Below, piece after piece: positions 24,641-37,747 of a DNA stretch of 64,000 nucleotides (its first letter is position 1; every line of letters starts with the position of its first letter). The notes beneath the pieces are model-generated. The model was not told where the DNA came from and did not search any database. It worked only from the letters and a program-made list of their open reading frames with translations. A program made the translations under genes and the position numbers. Origin of the DNA: Leucoraja erinacea (taxonomy: Eukaryota). The stretch covers positions 14,694,001 through 14,758,000 of the forward strand of contig NC_073389.1 in NCBI RefSeq assembly GCF_028641065.1. The letters are read 5' to 3'.

Positions 24641-25554
24641 ATGATGTCTTCGAGTTGGTCTTCTGCAGGTCGGGGTTGAAGAGACATTTTTATAAGATGA
24701 AATAAGTCTGTCGGTGCATGTTAATGCATCAGGGCTGTGTTCACCATGTTTCAGAACCTAAACTTGGAAATAACTACTTTCTCTCGTTTAAAATACCAAT
24801 CAAAATATAAATGAACAAGCTTGTTGTCCAAAGCAATATAATTTGCAGGAACATTGAAACAAATTGCTTTTGTTAACTGTTCACCGTAATAGTTGGATTC
24901 TCACTGCCGACTGCAATTGATAGAACTTAGTCCAGTTCTTGCCAGTGGCTTACATTATTAATATGATTCGAATCTTACTGAAGAAAATATCCCATTTATA
25001 GGAAAGTGCGCTGAAATAGTCAGTCTTGCTGCAAAACATATTATTTTTGGAGAGACCATTCTTTGTCAAAATTAATGAAAGTGATAGGAAGAATATGTTA
25101 AAGTGAACTTGCTAGAGGGGAATTGACATTGCTTTTTATCTCCGAAACAAATTCTTGTGTTTGCGCCTTGATTATTAAATGTATTCCACACTGTGACAGA
25201 AAATAGCAATTAGTTAATGGTTTACAGAATGGACGCTTGCTATTTATTCCACACATCTCGTCACTCACTGCCTAAGGTTGCAATTTTTTTTCAGGTTACT
25301 GGACAAATAGATATTGCTGCTTTATTTCCACCAACGCACTTTCTTTCTGTGGTCGCTTTTGTTATTCTTAATGTATTTAAGAAATACAGGCGTGCAAAAT
25401 ATTAGTTCTTGCACAATTGATTCATCATGTGGTTGCCGAGGATAGTTGGTGTTTTTAATTTGAGTTGTCTATTTTGAGATGTGAATTAGCTGCCATTGCA
25501 GTGGTTATCAATGGGAAATGGCATTAATATTTAAATGTAAAGAATTGAATTTAA

Positions 25555-26020
25555 GCTGGAAAGAGTGCAGAGAAGATTTACGAGGATGTAGCCTGGACTC
25601 GAGAGCCTAAGCTATCAGGAGAGATTGAGCAGGCTAGAACTTTATTCCTTGGAGGGCAGGAGGAGGAGGGGTGATCTTGTAGAGGTATATAAAATCATGA
25701 GGGGAAAAGATAGGTTAAATGTAAAGGCTTTCACCCAGAATAGGGAAAATAACAACCAGGGATAGGAGAGAGGGGAAAAATTCAATAGGATCCCAACGGC
25801 ATTTTTTATATAGAGGGTGGTGGGTATATGGAATGAACTGCCAGAGGAGAGAATTGCGGCAGGTAAGATAACGACATTTAAAAATCATTTTGATGGGTAG
25901 TTGGATAGGAAAGGTTTATAGGGAAATAGACCAAAAGGTGATGGGATTAGTGTGGATGGGGCTTTTTGGTTGGCTGAAAAAGATGGGCCGAATGGCCTAT
26001 TTCCGTGCTGTATGAGTCTA
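25555..26020 (+). mobile_element. CR1 3' fragment
   Basis: ctggaaagagtgcagagaagatttacgagg...gaggggtgatcttgtagaggtatataaaatcatgag...gatgggccgaatggcc. Confidence 0.85.
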
Positions 26021-27654
26021 TAATTACTATGTTACTACGGCTGGACAAGAAGAGTCATAAAGTAAATGAGCAACTGCAGTTTCCAAAAATTAGCAAACAA
26101 AATCCCCACAAGTAATCTGATCAACGCACTGAAATCCAATACAAATCACCATGGGCAGAACAGACCGTACAATCCTGACAAGAGCACAAACTCAATCCAT
26201 GGAGACATCGATTGATTGAATATATTCTTCAAGCTGATCTGTGCGCTAGATGTTGAAGTGATAGGAACAGAAAATGCTTGAAACGCACGCTAAGTCAGGC
26301 AGCATCTGTAGGGAGAAGAACAGGGTCATGATGTCCTCTCAGCAACTTTTCATCAGAAGCATATGATGATGTTTCTCTGTTCCAAGATGCAGCCTGCATT
26401 GTGTCTGTGCTTTCCATTGGTTCATCAGGATTCCAGTAGTTATTTGGTGAAGGGAAATGATTTTGTTATTAAGCTGTTGACCAATATGTTCTGTTGGTAT
26501 GCTCGCCACTGTAACGGGCTGAAATGTATTTACCTTTGACTAGTGGTTCTCTTCACAGAGCACAACCACTGCAGAATAATGCTCAACGCACTCAGTATCT
26601 CTACTCATACACTTTGGTGATGGGATCGAGACGTTAATACCAGGTTGCATCAGAGCACTGTTTGACGTTGACCAAACCCCAGAGTTTCCTCATTTATGTA
26701 TCATTATACATGGAAATGGATTAGCAACATTTTAGCGATTTGGGTTTAAAGGTTTCAGGTCAGTTTATTGTCACGTACCAATTGAGGTACTAGATGTATC
26801 GCAAGAGTGGAAATCTATACTCTGTAATGCCGAACTTTCAAGTCGGTACTTTTGATTATCGATCAGCATTCCATTCCACATTGGAAACAAATTTACAGAC
26901 CATTTATTTCGATGTTTATTTCCAATGGAACTTAGGACAAGAAACTAAGATTTGACAAAAAAAAAACAGATAGGCGATGAAGTGTTTGGAATGCACTTGT
27001 AACTAGGTTCATTAAAAATATTTTATGCAACACTTAGTTTGAGTGCTAATGAAATGCCTGATGAATAATAACGCACAGGAAAAATATTAAGTAGTAACTC
27101 CAGTTAAGCAGCAACTTTCTTCAGTCTCTTATCATTTAAAAAAATAATTTAAAGTCTCTATTGTTATTCAATTGCAATAAACGCTTGATCGCAGCGTTCA
27201 AATGTGTTTGTGATTATTAGCTTGAGTCAGACCATAATCTGGAAAGAAGATTTTTTTAAATTTGAAATATCTTCATTTAAATCTGGTGTAAAGATTGCAG
27301 ACAAAGCAAAATATTAAACTGCAGTTTAAACTTAAACCAAACTCAGCAACCCGCCCCAATAAACAAGATTTCATTACACAGCTCTCCACTGTAATTTGAA
27401 TGCTAAACACATAAAAACCCATTTAGAAGTTTTTGTTAAGTGTTTAGCATTCAAGGGAAGAAGAACATGGCTTTGTTTTTAATTTCTGGTTTGTAATTAA
27501 TTAAGCAATAACAGCTGCTGTGTTTTGTCACTTCCTTCAGCTGTGTTAATGAATTATTTCGAAAATTAAAATCCCCTTTATTTCTTCCCATTGAGCTTTC
27601 AGCTCTGCAAGGGATATTTCAGGAACCGGGTTGAAATTGGCCTTGCTTGTGGTG

Positions 27655-28047
27655 GATAGACACAAAAAGCTGTAGTAACTCAGCGGGTCAGTCGGCATTT
27701 CTGAAGAAAAGGACTAGATGACGTTTCGGGTCGAGACCTTTCTTCAGACTGAGAGTCATGGGAAAGGGAAATGAGAGATATAGAAGGTGATGTAGAGAGA
27801 TGAGGAACAAATGTATGAAGGATATGCAAAAAATAATGAAACAGGCCATTGTTAGCTGTGTGCTGGGTGAAAATGAGTGCAGACAATGAAACTCAACAAG
27901 ATGACTGAAGCTGGTACGACTTGGGTGGGGAATGGGATGGAGAGAGAGAGAGAGAGAGAGGATGCAAGGGTTACTTGAAGTTAGAGAAATGAAAATTCAT
28001 ACCACTGGGTTGTAAGCTGCCCAAGCGAAATATGAGGTGCTGTTCCT
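27655..28047 (-). mobile_element. Penelope 3' end (GIY-YIG C-terminus, 3'UTR, hammerhead-bearing pLTR)
   Basis: Minus-strand EQHLIFRLGSLQPSGMN-like stretch at ~27990-28047 is continuous with ctgaagaaaggtctcgacccgaaacgtc (minus, ~27720-27748). This links the pLTR repeat physically to Penelope. Confidence 0.88.
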
Positions 28048-28499
28048 GGTTCAGACCCTCTCCATGTTGAATGAAGGGAATGCAATAACTACATCTGAGC
28101 GAGCAAATGCGAGGCGCTGCCTTTGTGTTGCCGAAGGGAACATGTCAGGGAATGAGAACGAAGATGAGATGATCACTCAATCTGAGAATGAGATTGGTCA
28201 AATTAGGAGCAACATTTCACTCGAGCGTGTTGGTTTCTGTTAGTTGGACTGAAGCTTAAGATCCTGCCCACCAAAATTAATGACATACGGATGAGGCACC
28301 AGAACTAAAGATCTGCGGTATAAATTGAGATTTAGCCCAAAAATAAGTCTAGAATAATAGCCACATGAGATTTGATGGAAGAGACAGTCGGCTCACTGAT
28401 TGATCCACTTGGCAAGCATGAAGTCAGGCTCTCATGCTGTTTCAACTTAGTTTAGAATGCTCCTGGCTGGTTTCTTTGAAACTTTTGACAAAATAATTA

Positions 28500-28760
28500 T
28501 TTAGAAAATGTACAAAGCAAGATGCTGACAGATGACTAACATCATATCTATATTTGAAAAGAAAGATAGACCATGGCCTCAGAACTGTAGGCCAATCAGC
28601 TTTGTATCTGAGGCAGGAAAAATAATTGGATAACTCCTAAAGGAGAATATAGAAAATCTAAAAATAATAAGTTCAATAGTGAACAGTCAAAAGGGAAATC
28701 TTAGACAACTAACCTTTCTAAGATTTTGAACGCTAACGTTCACTATTTGCATATGCCTTT
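28500..28760 (+). mobile_element. Old CR1 RT fragment
   Basis: tatttgaaaagaaag...aactgtaggccaatcagctt (NCRPIS) ... aaagggaaatcttagacaactaacc. Confidence 0.5.
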
Positions 28761-28949
28761 AAGAACAATGAGTGCCGAATGTTATGACTATAGATACATT
28801 GTTCTCACAGCCTTTGCTGCCAGTCGGGTGTGGGGAGACATCAATGATGGATGTTTAGCTCGAAGCTCTGTCCGTTTACTGTATATGGGCTATGGAGCAG
28901 AAATAAAGAGAGGAGTCTACAGACTCTATAATGATGAGGATGGGATATC

Positions 28950-29345
28950 ACTGATGGTTCAGGTTCCATCTGCCAGTCATCTCTCTTGATAGTTCCATAT
29001 TTTCTTCCTTAATTATCACATTCCAACATGAGTTGCCTTTACGTCCCTGTTTATTATCCTCCAGTTTCATCCCACTTTCTCCCTCCCCTCCATCTACCTG
29101 GCCCCATCTGCCTCTTTTTCCAAGTGTGTCTGCTTCCACCGATTACCCACCTGCCTCTCACATCCCTCTCCCCTCCTCAGTCCATCTATGACCTACCAGT
29201 CCCATCCTCACTCCTCCCTCTCTTTTACCTACCCTCTTTGCTCACAATCCCGATGCAGTGTTTCAAGCTGAAACATCAACAATTCCTTTCCTCTCCATCA
29301 AGGATGCTTGATCCATTAAGCTCCTCCAGCAGTTTGTTTTTCTCC
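28950..29345 (+). mobile_element. Old Penelope-like 3'UTR/pLTR
   Basis: C/T-rich UTR ending cccgatgcagtgtttcaagctgaaacatc...ggatgcttgatccattaagctcctccagcagtttg, a decayed pLTR. Confidence 0.45.
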
Positions 29346-30069
29346 ACAGATCGAGCAAATCTACATCAATCAACGTGAACATACAAGGGAGAATCACTGG
29401 CTAGAGAGCCTCAGATTGTCAAAGTGCGCTGCTTTATACACAGTTGAGACCAGGAAAGGAGGTGTTTGTTGCTTCAACCAGACCCTGCCCTTAGGATATC
29501 TGTGACCGATGGTTTTCATCCATCTCGCCCACTTTCATCCTTTTCTCCCAATTCTCGCGGCAGCAAAGCAATGAACATCCAATGTGTCTGAAATCTATGT
29601 ATCAATGTCCTTGGGCTGCCTGTTGCAGTTTAAACAACCAGCACTGAGTTAATGACTTCCCTGTTCCCAGCCTTTGACACTCTTATTTTTATTACGTATC
29701 CCTGTGGACTTTGCCAACAGTGTTATAACAATGCAGAGCAAACTTGTAAATTGCAGCTTATCACTAGTTGACTTATATAACTAACTCACATAATGGGTGA
29801 TTTTACAGACACAAAACGTCTTACACGATCATGATATCATAGAACAAGCATATTAGAGCTTGGTGCTTGAGGTTCCTATGTTTCTCCAGATCTACCTCCT
29901 CACCAACCTACACCCAAGAACTATATCTAGCACAAACAGCATACTAATGTTGAAATCCAGTACAATGATGAAAAGCTACGGGGGTGTTGGGGATATGGGG
30001 CCAATTAAATCAGTACAGAAGGTGCTATTGAAGTGGAGGAAACTGTCGGTGTTTGAGGAAGACACGTTG

Positions 30070-30220
30070 TCATAAGGTCATAAGTTATAGGAGCAGGATT
30101 GGGCCATTCGGCCCATCAAGTCTACTTCGCCATTCAATCGTGGCTGATCTATATCTTCCTCCCAACCCCATCCTCCTGCCATCTGCCCATAACCTCTGAC
30201 ACCCGTACTGATCAAGAATC
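30070..30220 (-). mobile_element. CR1 3'UTR
   Basis: cataaggtcataag...ggccattcggcccatcaagtctac...ccattcaatcgtggctgatct. Confidence 0.75.
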
Positions 30221-30579
30221 GAGGTATCGAGGAGATCCGTTCATATTCTGCAGAAAGGTCTTAATCAGACTCAGATTGAACTGGATAACTTGAGGGAAGA
30301 CTGTGATCCCTTGAAAGGTGGAAAAAAGGAAGATGACTATACCATAAGTAATGCTCACTCAGCTTTAGACATGCTGAAATTGGCTCACTACACTGTGGTG
30401 CGGCAGGATGGGCATAGTGGCTGGTTCCTTGCCCATCTCCTCAACACTAGTGTTAAAATGATCAGTGGAGAACAGGAAAGGTCCAGTGTCCATAGGGAGG
30501 CTCAGTGAGAATTACAGTGTGAAACAAAGTGAGTATGAATGCAAAAAGATAGGAGGGATGAAAAATATTTCAGATAGAT

Positions 30580-30915
30580 ATTGGAAGTGATTCCTGGGAA
30601 TGTTCTGTACCAAATGCATAATGTTGTGGGAAGAGGAATGTGGGCTCTGATCAGAATTGCTTCTTTGCCATTTCAGAAGAAAATTATAATCAGACTAGAT
30701 AATTATCCTCTGAAGGACATAGTGAACAAGATGGGTTTTTACAACCATCCAGTAGTCTTATTGTTAAGATTTCTCTGTTGTTGCTGGGGTTTTTTTTTCT
30801 TAAAGCGCTGGTTATTAACTGAATTTAAATTCCACAATTTTAATTGTCAGATTTCAACATGGGACTTTTGGATTGTTATTCCAGGCCTCTGGGTTTTAAT
30901 CTCCTCACAGAGCCA
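30580..30915 (-). mobile_element. Older second SINE family copy
   Basis: ctctgaaggacatagtgaacaagatgggtttttacaaccatcc...ttattaactgaatttaaattcc. Confidence 0.55.
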
Positions 30916-31149
30916 TGATTGAAGCACTGATTGCAATTATCACAGTTGTTAATGGGTTGTTGGTGTTGGTTACATTTTGGAAGTTGCAATTTATTACGAG
31001 AAGTAATTCTGAGATGCAAGATGTGAGATTTGTGAAGCCTGTTGGAAAAGTCATTCACTGGGTTATATCATTACCTGCCGATTATCCAAACTATTAAGTC
31101 TGGTCCATGTTTTAATGTCAAAGATGGAGGATTAGAACATGGGTCTGAT

Positions 31150-33300
31150 TATGCTTATAGAAACCTCGAAAGGTAACAACACCAGAGGCCATTGAGTTCA
31201 CCATGTCTGCATTGGGTCTCTAGCAGAGGAACTCCCAACTTCCACTCATTCACCCTTTCTCCATACTTTTGTAACTTCTTCTCAGCCATATCTTCATCCT
31301 CTTTCCTCATGAAGGCCACAATGTAACCTGTCTCCATCGCATCTGAAGTTGATGCATTCCAGATTCCATCTGCACACTGGATTTAAAATGTTTTCTACAT
31401 CTCCTAATCTTCACCCCCTTCGTTTTATACCTTGGGCTTCTCGTCCTGAACTCCTCCACTAAATCCTCCACTGAACTTCCCACTCTTCACTCTGCCCAGA
31501 CTCCTTATTATTTTAAATATTTTTATATCAAATCAGCTGTCATCTTCCCATCTCCAAAGGATTGTCCTTTCAACTGTAGTTCCTATTTTATTTTAGTTTA
31601 GTTTAGAGATACAGTGCGGAAACTGGCCCTTCGCACCGACCAGCAATCCCCGCACCTTAACACTGTCCCACGCACACTAGGGACAATGGTACATTTATAC
31701 CAAGCCAATTAACCTACAATTAGAGGAACTTTTCTCATAAATCATTTCTGGACCGTATCTGAAGATCTCCACAATCATTGCTGTTCTATTTGTGGTCAGA
31801 CCAATGTTTTGGCAATGTTAGTGAGAATTTCCTGCATTGATACTCTGTGCCTCTCTTGATAAAGTTGAGAATTGTGAATAACTTTATTGCATGCTTCCTC
31901 AACCTGCCCTGCCACATTAAATAGATTGTCCTTTTATACCCTCAGGTCACTATGTCCATTTTTGAACAGCATCCTTTATTCTCTCTTGACTCTCTTCATT
32001 CTTCCAAATCAAATACAATACCTCACATTAAACATCATTTGCTAAACACTTATCACTGCACCATCCGGTTTAAATCCCACTTGCCTCAGTTATTAATGTG
32101 AATTTTAAAAAAATGCCACCCTCAACACCACTCTTCATTTTCATCCATTTCAAAGATATATCAATCGCAGCAATCCTCTACTGTCTGTTACTCAGCCAAC
32201 TTCATATCCATGCTCTGTGTCCCTTTTCTATCATGCACTGTCGTACACCTTGAGGTGTATTTTTGTTCTTTGCTAATAAACTTGTTTTGTGATACCTGAC
32301 CAAAAACCTTTTGGAAGTTCATGTGCACTCCATTGATGGTATTACTCTCATCAAGTCTAACTGTTACCTCATTCAATAGTTGCTATCTGGCACAATTAAT
32401 CCATTTGACCCCAACCCCCTCCCTCCCTGTCCTGGATTCGTATTACTGAAATCTCTCCAACTACTGATGTTAAACTGGTCTGTAATTGCTGGACTTATCC
32501 TCGCTGCTGTTTTTGAACCAGAACGTAGGGTTCATTATTTTCTCATCCTCTGGCACTACCCTATCCAAAGAGAAGTGATGAATTGCAGCCAGAGCATTGC
32601 AATTTCCTCCCATTGTTCCCTCTAAATCCTTGCATGCATCTTATCCATTCTTGGTGACTCGCCTACTTGACCTTCAGTCAACTTTTCTAAAATGGACGCG
32701 CTCTTACTTTTTAACATATCCCGTGTCTGAATGATCTCCTCCTTCACTATTTATTTGAAAGCATCCTTTTTCATCATAATGACATGCAAAGTACTCATTT
32801 ACCTGTTTTTTTATTTATTTGCTTTTAGAATACTTTAATGTTCTCATTTATGTTGGAACCTACACATTTCTCATCACTTCCCCTCTGATTCTTTTGTAAT
32901 CAGCTTGATTCTCACTGCGTTTTACAACCCAACACTTGTCATATGTATCCATTGTGTTTGCTTTATTATCCTTAGCATCTCTTTCATCATCCAACGAGCT
33001 GTGACTTCTTTGTTCTTCCAATGCACTTTATGGGAATGTCTCATAACCAGCTGTATCATCATTTCCTTAAAGGCAGCTTGCTACACTTTTATCTGTCAAT
33101 GGTTGTTTCCTATTTATCCAGGGAAGATTCACTCTCATCACACTGAAATTTGTCATCATCTACTTACTTATTTTTACTTTGTTCATTTTCTTTTTCTGTA
33201 TCCAAAATAAATCTTCAGATGTTATGACCTCTGTCTCCTCAATGTCTCTCTGCAGAAACTCACTGGACTTGATCCATCTCATTTTCTGGAATTAGATCCC
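31150..33300 (-). mobile_element. Highly decayed CR1 LINE, with a nested V-SINE tail at ~31590-31720
   Basis: Scattered CR1 motifs: aactggtctgtaatt (NYRP), accttttggaagttc (DFQK-like; ORF 32188 HMNFQKVFGQV) and gcattccagatt. Confidence 0.6.
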
Positions 33301-33364
33301 CTAAATGTTTTAGTACTCATAAATTCATGTGATAGGACCAGCGTTCAGCCCATCTAGCCCATCC

Positions 33365-33900
33365 ATTCTCCAGTTCCTCGACCCATTAATGTTTCTTCAT
33401 CGATGAGAGGGCGGTGGAGAGAGATAACAGTTTCAAGTTCATGGGCGTATATCTCTCTGAAGATCTATCCTGGGCCCAGCACATTGATGTAATCACAAAG
33501 AAAGCTCAACAATGCCTCTACTTCCTCAGAAGATTGAGATAATTTGGTATGTCCCTGAATACTCAGACAGGTGTATTATAGAGAGCATAGTGACAGGTTG
33601 CATCACAGTCTGCATTGGTAACTGGAACACCCAGGAATGACGGAGGCTGCAGAAAGTGGTAAACATTGTCGCTCCATCACGAAGGATGATCTCCCAACCA
33701 TTGAAGGGTTCTACAGAAGGCGTTGCCTCAAAAAGATGGCTAACATCATCAATGACCCACACCACCCTGTCCATCTCATCTCACTACCATCTTCAGGAAG
33801 AAGGTCCAGGAGCTTGGGAACTGTGACCTCCAGGTTCAAGACCAGCTACTTCTCAGCAATCATCAAGCTCTTGAACACTGCACAGCACTCAGCGTAACCT
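33365..33900 (+). mobile_element. Rex1/Babar 3' fragment
   Basis: FKFMGVYLSEDLSWAQHIDVITKKAQQCLYFLRRL...LPTIEGFYRRRCLKKMANIINDPHHP...LPSSGRR...RFKTSYF. Confidence 0.88.
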
Positions 33901-34214
33901 TACCTATATTATGATCAACTGTGGACGTTGTGTTGGTTGCACTAAGTACTTCAGTTTTGCACTATTCTGGCTGATAACTGAGTCTTATCAATTGTATTGC
34001 GTAACTGCATTAACGGGCCTGTAAAGTCCAATTTAGTTTAGTGTCACGTGTGCGGAGGTACAGTGAAAAGCTGCAGCGGGTAAGAATTTCAATGTTCCAT
34101 TGCCAGTACATATGACCATTAAACAGTCTTGACTCTTGACGTCCAATCCATGCAAGCCTCCGCATGTTGAGAAGTATCCTGCAGTGCAATTACTTGTTCT
34201 TGGTGAGGTGCCAG

Positions 34215-34900
34215 CGCAATAACCTGCCCTCAACACCAGCAAAACCAAGGACCTGATTGTGGACTTTGGTAGGAGTAGGAGGGGGACCCACAGCCCCATT
34301 TATATCAACGGGTTGATGGTTGAAAGGGTCAAGAACTTCAAATTCCTGGGCGTGCACATCTCTGAAGATCTTTCCTGGTCCGAGAACACTAACGCAATTA
34401 TCAAAAAAGCTCAGCAGCGCCTCTACTTCCTGAGAAGATTACGGAGAGTCGGATTGTCAAGGAAGACTCTCTCTAACTTCTACAGGTGCACAGTCGAGAG
34501 CATATTGACCGGTTGCATCGTGGCTTGGTTCGGCAATTTGAGCGCCCTGGAGAGTAGTAAAACTGACCAGTCCATCAAGCTCTGAAAGGGGATTTATTGC
34601 AGTAAAAAGGCACATCAAAGACCACACCATCCACATCACCTTCAGGTAGAAGGTACAGGAGCTCTGCAACAACCAGGTTCAGGAATAGCTTTCCCCATCG
34701 GCTATTAAACCTGGGGATTAAACTCTGATGTTAATAACCCATTATTATTTGCACTTTATATCATGGTGTATATGGTATACACACACTTATCTGTTTTGTA
34801 GTAAATGCCTACTATTTTCTGTGTGCTTAAGCAAAGCAAGAATTTCATTGTCCTATACAGGGACACATGACAATAAACTCACTTGAACTTGAACTTGAAC
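34215..34900 (+). mobile_element. Rex1/Babar 3' fragment with 3'UTR
   Basis: NNLPLNTSKTKDLIVDFGR...VERVKNFKFLGVHISEDLSW...QRLYFLRRLRR...FYRCTVESILTGCIVAWFGN, then a (cttgaa)n tail. Confidence 0.9.
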
Positions 34901-35602
34901 GTGATGCTTGTTCTGATACCCACCAAAAATCTAAGCTTTCACCATCGCTCATGAAGCACTTCGCTTTAACATGTATCTGCAGAGCATTCCTTGGCAGTAA
35001 GAGAGTGCCCATATTTGCCCACAGAATGTCCATATTTGCTTCTGATGTACAGATGAACAGATGGGCAAACAGCTGATTATCAGCAGTATAAATGCACCTT
35101 TAAACAAAAACAAGTCTGATGCAGACACTAACCCGTTGTTTTGCCTACAGAAAACTAAACTTTATCGATCAAAGAGATTAATATATATCAGTTAATTTTA
35201 ATGACCAGAGTTGGAAAAAGAATTGTAGCAGGTGGCCGTAATGAGCAATTTTGTCATTAAGTTATTATATTGACTTCAGAATCTAATGAATGCTCAAAAT
35301 GTTCTCATGCAAAGCAGTTGTTACCATAAATTAGTTCAACTCTTGCCTTCCAGCCAGGTTGTTTTGAGTAGCGGATCGGAGAGAGATCATTGTGTAATGA
35401 ATTCCACTTCTCTCATTTCTCGTAACTGATCATCATGTAACGTTCAAGGGTATTGCTGAGACATCAACAGACTCCTGTACAGTGGGTAGGTGGTGTGCGC
35501 TGAGACAATTCAGAGAGTTTTTGGATGTAGATCTTTGTTTAAGATTACAATAAACATCGAGGAAGGTATCCAGAAAACTTCTGATGGGGATGAAGATATT
35601 TT

Positions 35603-35802
35603 AGAAACAAGGAGCTGCAAATGCTTGGTTAATATTCAAAATGTTACAAAGTGCTGGAGTAACTCAGTAGGTCAGGCAGCATCTCTGCAGAACATGGATA
35701 GGTGACATTTTGGGTTGTGGTCCTTCTTCAGCCAGTCTGAAGAAATATCATCTTTCCATGTTTGCCAGAGTTGCTGCCTGACCTGCTGAAGTTTTGTCCT
35801 TT
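35603..35802. mobile_element. pLTR palindrome with perfect 12-bp TSD
   Basis: ...tccttcttcagccagtctgaagaa...; TSD tgaagatatttt at 35591-35602 and 35803-35814. Confidence 0.85.
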
Positions 35803-36484
35803 TGAAGATATTTTGTTTAGTTTTAGTGTTTGTATATTGTTCATGATCATCTGTGCCTTTGGGCTTTTATTGTTTAAAGTGCATATTAGTATTGAGTTTT
35901 TTTAAACAATTTGCATGTGTCAGTTTTCATTACATTCTCTGAAGCTGATTATTGGTTGTCAATGCAATAATATTTTGAGTGGTAGTGCACACTATCTTAA
36001 GATTAGGTACATATAACATTTGAAGTCACCATGGGAATGCCTTCAGACCGAATGATACGTTGTTTTATATAGCAGTATGTTACATGGATAGCCAAGAAGG
36101 AAGGAATGTAATTATGTAGGTATGGATGGTTAGGCAAGACAGGTGAGTGAGTTGAACATTTGGTGAAAAAAAAGACTGTGATGTTAAATTTAAAATGTTT
36201 AAAGAAATGATGCAGTCGTAGATGAAACTCACAGAAATTGAATTAAACTATTATGAGTAGAACAATAGGAGACCCAGCTCAAATAAATTGGTTGGAAAAA
36301 CCTGACTTAAAGAAAAGTTTCAATACAAAATAGATACGATTGAGTTTAGATACATTTTTCAAGAGGCTGATCACCATGGCTGAGTGAATAGATAGATATC
36401 AGGTGATTCGGTACAGAAGAAACTGCATAAACGGGAAGGATAAGGGTAAATTAAGAAAGGTGTGGTTCATGATAAACAATGCTC

Positions 36485-36755
36485 ACAGTGGCAGACTTAC
36501 TGTCTTACAGCGCGAGACACACAGGTTCGATGCTGACTGCGGGTGTGTCTACAGAGTTTGCACATTCACCCTAAAACGATATAGGTTTTCTCCGGGTGCT
36601 CCGGTTTCCTCCCTCATTCCAAAGACGTGCAGATATGTTGGTTAATTGGCTTCTCGTGCATAGTATAGAACTAGTGTATGTTGGTGATCGTGGTTGGGGC
36701 TGACTCGGTGGGCGGAAGGGCCTGTTTCCACACTGTATCTCTGAACTAAAATAAG
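36485..36755 (+). mobile_element. V-SINE
   Basis: ggttttctccgggtgctccggtttcctccc...gaagggcctgtttccacactgtatctct. Confidence 0.85.
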
Positions 36756-37347
36756 CATAAAGGGAAAAAAGCTAAGACTTTTATCAGCAGGAAAATAAAA
36801 CAGCCCCAACCCGCATAGTGCAAATTTAGGATGAAGTGATGATGAAGATATTCATCAAATATTTTCCCTTAGGTTCTGTATTTGATAACAAGGATGCTTC
36901 TTTGTGAATAGATGTGCAAGATTCAGTTCTGGCGATAAATAATCAAATTAAGAACATTAAAATCGTCAATAAATCTAAGGCTGTAAAGATCATCCTGAAT
37001 GATGTACGTTGCAGAATGTAAAATAAATTGATGAGGGTAAGTGGAGGCTGCAACTGTGGAAGATTGTCTCCACTAATCGGGTGTAATCAGTGTGGATCTG
37101 TGAAGGATTTCTCTGCACTACTTTGCAGTGACTGCACTAGCTATGACTCAGTTCATGAGCTCGGAATGCCTTGCTCTGTCATCAGAAATAAGGTCAATCC
37201 TGGCCTTTGCAACTGAAATATAATTCCTGAGCAAATCATAAGCTATCTTGATAACAGCTATGCATATCTTGTGCAGCAGAAGGACAAGTGACCAGAAGAA
37301 TGCAATTTGAGAAGCCAAAAATAGAAAAAAAGCAAAGATTTATTTTT

Positions 37348-37522
37348 GTAGGAAGGAACTGCAGATGCTGGTTTAAACCGACGATAGACACAAAAAGCTG
37401 GAGTAACTCAGCGGGCCAGGCAGCATCTCTGGAGAGAAGGAATGGGCGACATTTTAGGTTGAGATCCTTCTACAGCCCCTTTTTCTGAAGAAGGATGTCC
37501 ATCCGAAACGTCACCCAGTCCT
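37348..37522. mobile_element. pLTR palindrome (short right arm) with degenerate 14-bp TSD
   Basis: Full left arm, right arm limited to the hammerhead core. Flanks aaagatttattttt (37334-37347) and aaagacgtattttt (37523-37536). Confidence 0.85.
37485..37512 (+). ncRNA. Minimal hammerhead ribozyme core with compensatory stem II
   Basis: CUGAAGA-A-GGAUG-UC-CAUCC-GAAA-C-GUC. The 5-bp stem II is perfect and differs from the family consensus GGGUC/GACCC at two paired positions. Confidence 0.7.
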
Positions 37523-37747
37523 AAAGACGTATTTTTCTCTGACTGGTGAGGTGTGACATACTTTTTGAATTCATTCAACACACATCTCAAACCCATTGCA
37601 TATGAGGGTGTTAATTTCTCAGTGATGCCCTTGTGATCTTAATGCAGACACTTGTTTTCCATGAAAAATATATATTTGGGCATTGGCACGAGAGGAATTT
37701 TGCTGAAGGTGTCTGCATGTGGGAATGGAGTGAAGCTTGGTAAGTTA

